A stretch of 64,000 nucleotides of DNA from the NCBI GenBank assembly GCA_052327205.1, contig CM126219.1:51398001-51462000 (forward strand), in the 5' to 3' direction. Positions 1 to 8,761 of the stretch are shown piece by piece. How positions within the stretch are numbered: the stretch's first letter is position 1; every line of letters starts with the position of its first letter. A program made the position numbers and the translations under genes. This DNA is from Somniosus microcephalus (lineage: Eukaryota). The notes below the pieces were generated by a model. It made no database searches, had not been told where the DNA came from, and saw nothing but the letters and a program-made list of their open reading frames with translations.

Positions 1-397
1 CGATCGCAATCCCTGATAAGAGCCGCGGTGAAACGCGCGAGCGGGTAAGCCAGAGCCCGGGAGGGAGCGAGCAAGAGCCGCGCGAGCGGGTGAGCCAGAG
101 GCCGGGGGCCGCTTTCAAGTGTGAGGCGCAGCCGGGCCATCGATCGCATCCGCTGATAAGGCCCGCACTCGGCCTGAAAGTCAGCGTCGGGGAACGGGTG
201 ATAACCGCCATTGAAGTGGGCGGAGAGCGCCGAGAAGCGCGGGAAAACCGCCATCGAAGTGGGCGGGGAGAGCGAGAAGCGCGGGAAAGCCGCCATTTTT
301 CGCGGGGAAACCGCTGAAGAAGAAGGAAGAAGCGGGAAACCGCCATCTTGGAAATTATTAAGAATTTCAGGAAAGTAATAAGATTTTTCAAAAAGGC

Positions 398-670
398 TGG
401 TGTGTTCTCAAGAAGAGAGGGAAAATAAGTATAAGTACAGCAATACTTGTGGTGTTCTCAAGAAGAGAGAAGAAAATTAATTAGAATTTTCAGAAACAAG
501 AAATAAGTAAAGCAATACTTGTGGTGTTCTCAAGAAGAGAGAAGAAAATTAATTAGAATTTTCAGAAACAAGAAATAAGTAAAGCAATACTGGTGGTGTT
601 CTCAAGAAGAGAAGAAAATTAATAATAAGTAAAGAAATACTTGTGCTGTTCTCGGAAAGAGAAGAAGATG
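398..670 (+). repeat. 72-bp tandem repeat in the element leader (2 full copies plus 3 partial)
   Basis: CAATACTTGTGGTGTTCTCAAGAAGAGAGAAGAAAATTAATTAGAATTTTCAGAAACAAGAAATAAGTAAAG at 441 and 513; partial copies near 398, 585 and 635. Confidence 0.9.
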
Positions 671-3622
671 CCTAAGCGAGGAAATATTAATGATTTTAAT
701 GCTGAAATAGAAGACAGGGCCACGTATGGGGAACGCATAGGAATATATTGCGTAGCCATATACGCCAAGGCAATAACTTTGTTAAATTCGATGGGAGCAA
801 AAACATACGGGCTCTTGAAACATCTAATAGCACCAGTTAAACCAGTGGACCAGACCTTCGAAGAGAGCGTAGCAGTGCTGAAGGATCACTTGAACCCCAC
901 ACCGTTGATACTGGCTGAACGATTTAAATTTTACGCCAGAACCCAGAGGCAAGATGAAAGCAATGCGGAATACTTAGTCGAACTGCGTAAGCTAGCGAAA
1001 TACTGCCAGTTTGGAGGGAATTTGACAGAGGCGCTGCGGGACAAGTTCGTATGCGGCTTGGCCAAAGAAGGAACGCAGAAGCGACTTCTGGAAGAAAACG
1101 ACCTCACACTGGACAGGGCTGTCCTCATAGCTTCATCGCACGAAGCCGCAGCGAAAGGGGCGGCGGAAATGCAGCTAAAGGCGGCGGCACTCGGGGTGGA
1201 CCAAATGACTGCAAGCATTTCCAAATGCTACCGTTGTGGAAAGACAACGCACGACCAGAGTCAGTGCTGGTTTAAGAATCAAGAGTGCAGGAAATGTGGC
1301 AAACTGGGTCACATCGCGAAGGTATGCAGGTCCAGAAAGAAGACCAACAAACAAAGGAAGCCACCACCACAAGAAAAGTACAACAAGGTGCATCAGGTGG
1401 CTGAAAAGAGTTCAGACGAACAAAATTCAGACTCAGACCCAAACAGCCAGGAGTTGGATAGTCTGAGAATCCACAATGTGGGTAAAGTAACTGATCTACA
1501 GACGATCTGGGTCACACTAAAAATAGCTGGAGTCCAAGTACGAATGGAGCTGGACACGGGATCAGCTGTATCAGTCATCAACCAAAAGGACTACCACCGA
1601 CTATTCTCTCACATACCCTTAAGAAATACCAAGTTCGTATTACAGACATACACGGGGCATCGCGTATACCCCATGGGGAAGATAAGAGTCAAGGTGAGAG
1701 ATAGGGGTAAAGTACACCCAAGAATGAATTTGTACGTACTACCTGAGGGAGGACCACCACTTCTAGGACGGGAGTGGATCAAGAAAATAGACATGGAATG
1801 GCACTACCGACAAGCAATGACGAGTGAGGACTCGGTGCAGACAAGCAGCTCAGACTCTGAGCCGGAAGACGATAAGTCCAGCTTATGTATGAAAAACAAG
1901 GTTAACATTAACTCACGGACTAAGGTTGGAAAATCGATGGCGTGCATAAAGACAGAGAATTCTGAGTCTGTTCAAGCTACAGACATATGCATTACGGAGG
2001 AACACCGGGCTCGAACTCAACGCTATTTCAAAGTACAACAACAATTAGAACAATTAAGTTACCGCCTCGTACAAGAGATGAAAACAATGAAAAAGTTCTA
2101 TGACACCGAATGGGAGAGTCTGGAAAGACAACAGAACCTACTGGCTCAAGCAGAGAGCGACCATAGAGCCATCGTGACCAATTACCGATCACATCTCCCT
2201 GATGATGTTCAGGGGTTAGAATATTTGCATGATCTAGAGATACAGCAGAAGGGCAAATCACGCTGCACTGAGGATTTTGTTCTGCAATTAGAGACGGAGC
2301 TAGTGCAGGCAAAGTTAAGAGAAGTTGAATCACAGGGTGCTCTTAAGGAGATGCAGAAACAAATCTTGGACATGGAAAAGAGAAACGCTTCTTTACCTGA
2401 TGAGAATAATGTGGCCATGTTGCAAGAGGAGCTTATAGGGGCGAAACTGAAAGAAGCTAAGCAAAGGATGTTGGAACTTGAAACGCAGAACCAAATCAGC
2501 GGTAATCAGCTATGTCAAGCAGAGAAGGAGTGCAAGGGTCTACATGAGAAGGTGCAATATCTCTCAGCCCAAAATAAGGGACTACTCACTCAGTTAAATG
2601 AAAGTAAACGGGAAATGGCTGAGATGGACTGCAAGAATAAAGAAGAGTTGATGGCAGTGAGACTTCGAGAGGCAGATAGCATAGCAGCCTTGGCTGAACT
2701 CCAACAGGAAATTGCGAAAGAAACAAATGAAGAGGAATCTTCAGGAAGCCAGGATTTTATTCCAGTTCTTCTCTACGACTCCTTACAAGCAGAGTGCGAG
2801 AAGTTGAAAAAACAGTATGAACAGGCCCAGACTACAATTCTGGAGGGGGTTAACTCAGCAACCTCCGAAAAGCTAGTTTCGTTGGAAGTATATGAGCAAC
2901 TAAAGGTTGAACATGAGCAAGAAGTCCAAAGGCTGCAGGAAATTCTTGAGGAGCTCAGGGCCAAGACAGACTCATCGGTAGAAGTTCCATACATAGATGA
3001 GGATGTAGAGGTGAAAGACATGGCAGAACTCATAAAAATATGGAAGGAAGCCCAAGACAAATATGAGGCGGCAATTACCGAGGTTGACCGACTTGAAGAA
3101 CAGTTTCAACTGGGAATGGGCCCTGAACATGAGCTAGAGAGCATCGAGGCGCAACTTCTCCAAGCACTGGAAGCCAAAGTACAAGAGGAAGAGAAGATGA
3201 AAGCATTGGAGAAAATGATGGATGAAATGGAGGAGTACGCTGAATTACGTCCAGGGGAACAGGAGAATGGGGAAACAGCTACTTCAGTAGAAGGATTAAA
3301 TAGCCTGATAACGAAATCCCTGAAGGAAGGGAAAGGATTGAACGCACAAATGAGGCCAGGAGGGAAGGAAGGGCAGACATCCGAGGAAGAGCAGGATGAA
3401 TATGATTGCTTGAAGAAGGGTTTTGACCTGTTGAGTGACACCGAATGTTATGAGGATGTGGTCTGCCCAAATTGTGATGGGAACTCCCAAAGTGCTGAAA
3501 TCCTGAGGAAGCACTTAAGGTCTAAGGAACATAGAGAGTTGGTGGCGCTACAGATGGCAGCCGGGAAAAGAGCTCGGAGAGTTTCAAAAAGGCAGAAAAG
3601 AAAAAGAAGAAGCAGAAAATAA
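668..3622 (+). CDS. gag: Gag-protease fused in frame to ~600 aa of largely host-derived coiled-coil and zinc-finger sequence (984 aa from ATG 668)
   Basis: Uninterrupted ORF. Gag motif [11 protein letters not shown]...LRDKFVCGL, two CCHC knuckles ([28 protein letters not shown]) and protease ELDTGS...LLGREW. Homology to the 61769-62860 Gag-Pro ends at about 1804. Confidence 0.9.
   Translation: [984 protein letters not shown]
1997..2134 (+). other. STK10: Captured STK10(LOK)/SLK coiled-coil fragment
   Basis: [46 protein letters not shown] resembles recalled STK10 [46 protein letters not shown]. Confidence 0.7.
2135..2212 (+). other. Captured C-terminal fragment of an ANKRD24/RAI14/UACA-family protein
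   Basis: [19 protein letters not shown].DDVQ resembles the recalled family C-terminal motif (ANKRD24 ...[26 protein letters not shown]); short match. Confidence 0.5.
2270..2716 (+). other. EVI5: Captured EVI5/EVI5L C-terminal coiled-coil fragment with internal deletion
   Basis: [48 protein letters not shown] and [24 protein letters not shown] are near-verbatim recalled EVI5 motifs. Confidence 0.88.
2720..3115 (+). other. ANKRD24: Captured ANKRD24-like central coiled-coil fragment
   Basis: [25 protein letters not shown] resembles recalled ANKRD24 [44 protein letters not shown] resembles non-mammalian ANKRD24 as I recall it. End boundary approximate. Confidence 0.62.
3443..3619 (+). other. 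DNAJC21: Captured DNAJC21-like C2H2 (JAZ/U1-type) zinc finger and basic tail
   Basis: [34 protein letters not shown] resembles recalled [35 protein letters not shown]. The tail [11 protein letters not shown] resembles KLSKKQKKKKQ. Confidence 0.68.
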
Positions 3623-3890
3623 TAACTGTTTAAAATATTATTACTTCTACTACCTCAGTCCGAACACTACGAAAGGTGCTAAATTTGTAAAAAAAAATCC
3701 AGGGACATTATCAAGACAGCCAGTGGGTTGTATAAGTCCGCACTGCTGGTTCAACAGGACGAAAGTACAAGCTGTTAAAAAAAAAAAAAAAAAAAAGCTA
3801 TGGAGGATGCTGTCTGGAACGAATTAATACCAGAGACTGAATTTATGAACTGTTCCCACAGAGACTGAACCTGTAAACTGATTCCACTGA

Positions 3891-3995
3891 GAGTATGTTT
3901 GTAAACTGTTATATGACGTTGACTCCATTGAGAGTATATCTGTAAATTGTTATATGACGTTGACTCCATCGAGAGTATATCTGCAAACTGTTTAT
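3891..3995 (+). repeat. 41-bp tandem repeat (~2.5 copies) in the 3' untranslated region
   Basis: GAGTAT.T.TGTAAA.TGTTATATGACGTTGACTCCAT.GA at 3891 and 3932, partial at 3973. Confidence 0.85.
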
Positions 3996-4056
3996 ATAAA
4001 GTTGAAGATTGTATGTTTAACGGGATTCTGTAAGTAATAAGCTAGGAAGGGAGGAG

Positions 4057-4309
4057 TGTTGTGTATGTAACCGTTTACCTTTAAGGGAACTATAGAATGT
4101 AACCGTTCGCCTTTAAGAGCACTACTTTAGGGTGGCACTATCTATTGGCTCATGTATACTGTAATACCGATAGTGACCACACCAGTATATAAGGGTTGTG
4201 ATACGTTAACTAGGGCAGAATCGCCCGAGCCGCTGAATAGTAAAGACGTGTTTTATTCTGTTAACAGTGGAGTCTGTGATTATTTATAATACAACCCACA
4301 GACTTAACA
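4057..4309 (+). repeat. 3' LTR of the chimeric Gypsy element
   Basis: Begins TGTT directly after the PPT and ends AACA. TATATAA box near 4186 and AGTAAA polyA-like signal. Core motif shared with the LTRs at 58715 and 63365. Confidence 0.85.
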
Positions 4310-7300
4310 CATATGACAGATGTCAGGTTGAGAATACAAGTGAGAATCAAGCTGAATATAGAAAGTTCAGAGGGGAAGTGAAAAAGAAAATAAGAGGGGC
4401 AAAGAGAGAGTATGAGAATAGACTGGCAGCTAACATAAAAGGGAATTTAAAAAGTCTTCTACAGACATATTATAAATAATAAACGGGTAGTAAGAAAAGG
4501 GGTGGGGCTGACTAGGGATGAAAAAGGAGACCTACACATGGAGGCAGAGGGCATGGCGGAGGTACTAGATATGTACTTTGCCTCTGTCTTCACCAAGGAA
4601 GAAGATGCTGCCAAAGTCATAGTGAAAGAGGAGGTAGTGGAGTTACTGGATGGGCTAAAAATTGATAAAGAGGAGGTACTAGAAAGGCTGTCTGAGCTTA
4701 AATTTGATAAGTCACCAGGACCGGATGGGATGCATACTAGGATGCTGAGGGAGGTTAAGGAGGAAATCACAGAGGCACTGGCCATAATATTCCAATCCTC
4801 CTTAGAAATGGGGGTGGTGCCAGAGGACTGGAGAATTGCAAATGTTACACACTTGTTCAAAAAAGGGTGTAAGGATAAACCCAGCAACTATAGGCCAGTC
4901 AGTTTAACCTCGGTGGTGGGAAGCTTTTGGAAATGATAATCAGGGACAAAGTTAATGGTCACTTGGACAAGTGTGGATTAATTAAGGAAGGCCAGCATGG
5001 ATTTGTTAAAGGCAAATCATGTTTAACTAACTTGATCAAGTTTTTTGATGAGGAGAGAGGGTTGATGTGGGCAATGCGGTTGACGTGGTGTATATGGACT
5101 TCCAAAAGGCGTTTGATAAAGTGCCAGCAAAGTTGAAGCACATGGAATAAAAGGGGCAGTGGCAGCATGGATATGAAATTGGCTGAGTGACAGGAAACTG
5201 AGAGTAGTGGTGAACGGTTGTTTTTCGGACTGGAGGAAGGTATACAGTGGTGTTCCCCAGGGGTCAGTACTAGGACCACTGCTTTTCTTGATATATATTA
5301 ATGACTTGGACTTGGGAATACAGGGCACAATTTCAAAATTTGCAGATGACACAAAACTTGGAGGTATAGTGAACAGTGAGGAGGATAGTGATAGACTTCA
5401 GGAAGACATAGACAGGTTGGTGAAATGGGCGGACACGTGGCAGATTAAATTTAACGCAGAAAAGTGCAAAGTGATACATTTTGGTAGGACAAATGAGGAG
5501 AGACAATATAAACTAAAGGGTACAATCCTAAAGCGGGTGCATGAACAGAGATACCTGGGGGTATATGTGCACAAATCGTTGAAGGTGGTAGTGCAAGTTG
5601 AGAAAGAAGTTAAAAAAGCATACGGGATCCTGGGCTTCATAAATAGAGGTACAGAGTACAAAAGCAAGGAAGCTATGATGAACCTGTATAAAACACTGGT
5701 TCGGCCTCAACTGGAGTATTATGTCCAATTCTGGGCACTGCACTTTAGGAAGGATTTGAAGGCCTTAGAGAAGGTGTAGAAAAGATTTATGAAAATGATT
5801 CCAGGGATGAAGGACTTCAGTTACGTGGATAGACTAGAGAAGCTGGCGTTGTTCTCCTTAGAGCAGAGAAGGTTGAGAGGAGATTTGATAGAGGTGTTCA
5901 AAATCATGAGGGGTCTCGACAGAGTAGAGAGAGAAAAACTGTTCCAATTGGTGGAAGGGTCGAGAACCAGAGGACGCAGAGTCAAGGGCCGCGATTTCGC
6001 CTACCTCAGTGGGTCCGGTGCGGCCAGGGTCAGTGGCGGGGTGTGACCCCGCTGCTGGCCCCAGCCCGCTCTGCAGAGTGATCTTACGTTGATTGGGCTT
6101 GTTAAGCCTGCCCAGCGTGTTTCCTGGCCAATTGAAGGAAGCGGGTCTGATGATGTCACTTGTTGACGCGTCATCAGCTGGTTTCCTTAAAGGGACCATA
6201 CGCAAAGTTATTTTGACATTTGCGTTGTCAGTGTTCTACAGCATTGAGGTGCTGCAAACACTGACAAGCACTGCACAGAGGTGCATGGCTGCACCCAGGC
6301 TCTCCCATGACTCCCTCCATATGCTTAAGGAGGGAGTCACAGCACGCAGAGAAGTGCTCTTCCTTTCCCATGGGCGGAAGACACTTCCACAAGAGATCAA
6401 TGCAGCCTGGTTGTACAATGCACAGGAGACACAAGCAGGGATGTGGTCAGGAGGACCAAGCTGCAATAGTGCAAACCTTTCAAGGATCTCAGTAGATCAC
6501 AAAACATTACTGCAAAGCCACACTCAACCTCATCTTGCTGTGCCACTCATCAAATCCCCATCACTCTGCCTTCCCTACCCTACTCCTGCACATCCTTACT
6601 CACACCAACTTACCTTGTACCTCCACCCATCCCTCTCGTTCCCCATCTCACTAGCCACCCCTCACACTCAGCCTCATCCTAGTCCAATCATACCAACTAA
6701 CAACACACAAGGGTAGGCACTTGGGTGTTTTAGCCAATGTTCATGTGAAGTTTCTGTTAATGTGCTGTCAAACATTGAAATCTTTATTTTCAATACTTTG
6801 CCTTCTTGGACAGATTTGTGTGCACCTTTGGAAGTGGCTTAGTGAGTTGCAGTGAATGGTGAGACATAATGGTATGCCCTGCAATGGCGATGAGTGTGAA
6901 AGGAATGGCTTGGGCATTGTAGGGATGCTTTATGGTGTTGGTGTGGGGTGGTGCCAACCTGGCACATCATGTGGCAGCCAGTGTGTACAGCGCTAAGTGA
7001 AGTAAATCTGGCCATGGTGAGGCCATCCCTGGCGTCCCAGGCAGCAATGTGGTCGGGCGACGATGCCCTGTGTCCTGTGCAGAATCAGGTGATTGCGGAG
7101 AAGGTTGGTGTTGTTGTTGGTGCTGCTGGTGTGCCTGGTGCTGCTCATGTTGGGACTCATCTTGGTGGGATTCAGAGGACCAAGGTGAGATAGTTTCAAG
7201 TGCACTGATGCTGATGTAATAGATGGCAGGTGAAGTTGAGATGACAGAAGCAAATCTGTCAATGGTCAGAGAGGTTGTTCCAATGAGTTGGCACTGGATA

Positions 7301-8040
7301 GAGAGTTGGCTCCAAACACTTGCAAACTGCATAAAGCTCAATCTGTCTTCCAAATGCGGTAAGCAACCGTTTCTGACCTTGGAAAGTGAACAGCTGTGAG
7401 ATGGGAGCTTTTATACCACTTTTGCAGCTGTCAATTAATCAAATAATTCAATGCTGAATCCACTCATGACCTACTGAGCTGATGTGATCCCTGAGCAGCG
7501 TATAACCCGTGGGGGAGCTCATAAAATTGAAAGGTAAGCTTAAAATAGTATTTAAGTGCCTCTTAACAATCTCGTAATGATCTAAATTGCCTCCCCTGTT
7601 GCTTGGCGTCAGGTCTGTTCAGCGCTGACAGACCCAACATCTGGGAGATTAGCATGGAGGCGGGTTGACAGCGGGTTCCCTACCCGCTGTCAAAAAAACA
7701 TTTCACCACCCGACCCACCACCGATCACACCCGCAGACCCCCCGACAAATTCCCCACAAGGTGATTGGCAAAGGAACCAAAGGCGACATGAGAAAATCTT
7801 TTTTACGCAGCGAGTGGTTAGGATCTGGAATGCACTGCCTCAAGGGGTGGTGGAGGCAAACGCAATCATGGCTTTCTAAAGGGAATTGGATAAGTACCTG
7901 AGGGAAAAAAAATTGCAGGGCTACGGGAAAGAATGGGAGAGTGGGACTAGCTGAAGTGCTCTTGCAGAGAGCCAGCACAGGCTTGACAGGCCAAATGGCC
8001 TCCTTCTGTGCTGTAACCATTATATGATTCTATGATTCTA
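4310..8040 (+). mobile_element. CR1 LINE ORF2 (RT) and 3' end, decayed, split by an insertion at 5986-7756
   Basis: KSPGPDG, NYRPVSLTS, GVPQGSVLGP and KFADDTK motifs. RTRGRRVK|VIGKG continues across the insert. (ATTCTATG)n tail at 8020-8040. Confidence 0.93.
5986..7756. mobile_element. Internally deleted PIF/Harbinger derivative
   Basis: Begins GGGCCGCGATTT, flanked by CAA on both sides. Myb/SANT remnant on + (AAPRLSHDSLHMLKEGVTARREVLF) and convergent Q-rich transposase N-terminal remnant on -, the same layout as 28517-32711. Right TIR degraded. Confidence 0.75.
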
Positions 8041-8761
8041 ACACTCAGATTTATTTCTAGAGGGATTCAATTGAAAAGTAGAAAACTTGTATCGAACCTT
8101 GGCTAGACCACACTTCGTACAATTCTGGTCGCCATATTATAAAAAGGATATAGAAGCACTGCAGAGGGTGCAAAAAAGATTTACAAGGATGATACCAGAA
8201 ATTCGAGGGTATACCTATCAGGAAAGGATGAATAGGCTGGGTCTCTTTTCTCTTGAAAAAAGCAGGCTGAGGGGTGACCTAATAGAAGTCTTTAAAATTA
8301 TGAAAGGTTTTGATAGAGTGAATACAGAGAGAATGTTTCCACTTGTGGGGAAGAGCAAAACTAGAGGCCATCAATATAAGATAGTCACCAAGAAATCCAA
8401 TAGGGAATTCAGAAGGTACTTCTTTACCCAGAGAGTGATGAGAATGTGGCACTCGCTACCACAGGGAGTGGTTGAAGTGAATAGTGTAGATGCATTTAAG
8501 GGGAGGCTAGACAAGCATATGAGGGAGAAGGGAATAGAGGGTTATGCTGATAGATTTAGATGAAGAAAGACAGGAGGAGGCGCGAGTGGAGCATAAACAC
8601 CAGCATGGGCTGGTTGGGCCGAATGGACTCTAGTATTTTCCATGTTGTTATAAATGTTTCTGTGTACCCTGGGCTGGAGTTTCTGCTAGGTTGCGCTGTT
8701 TGGCACGGACTGTTGGGCCGAATGGCCTGTTTCTGTGCTGTATATCCTATGTAACCCTATG
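8041..8761 (+). mobile_element. CR1 LINE 3' fragment
   Basis: LQRVQKRFTRMIP...RLRGDLIEVFKI...FFTQRV ORF2 C-terminus and CR1 3' UTR GGCCGAATGGCCTGTTTCTG. Confidence 0.9.

Larger units (their letters stand above)
1..4309 (+). mobile_element. Non-autonomous Ty3/Gypsy LTR retrotransposon (5' LTR outside window) carrying a gag-protease-host mosaic ORF
   Basis: GC-rich leader, long gag-pro ORF, PPT AGGAAGGGAGGAG (4044-4056) and TGTT...AACA LTR (4057-4309), after which CR1 ORF2 sequence begins. No RT/RNaseH/IN motifs between the ORF and the LTR. Confidence 0.9.

Noticed and set aside
1805-3622. C-terminal extension as an env gene
   Set aside because: No signal peptide, fusion peptide or transmembrane segment; it is hydrophilic coiled-coil matching cytosolic host proteins.
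668-3622. Genuine host EVI5/ANKRD24 locus or a simple processed pseudogene
   Set aside because: Only partial, scrambled fragments are present, fused to Gag and bounded by a PPT/LTR.
3695-3770. Vestigial integrase C-terminus (PGTLSRQP)
   Set aside because: Similarity to the helper's PGTICTRQGP is too short to support.
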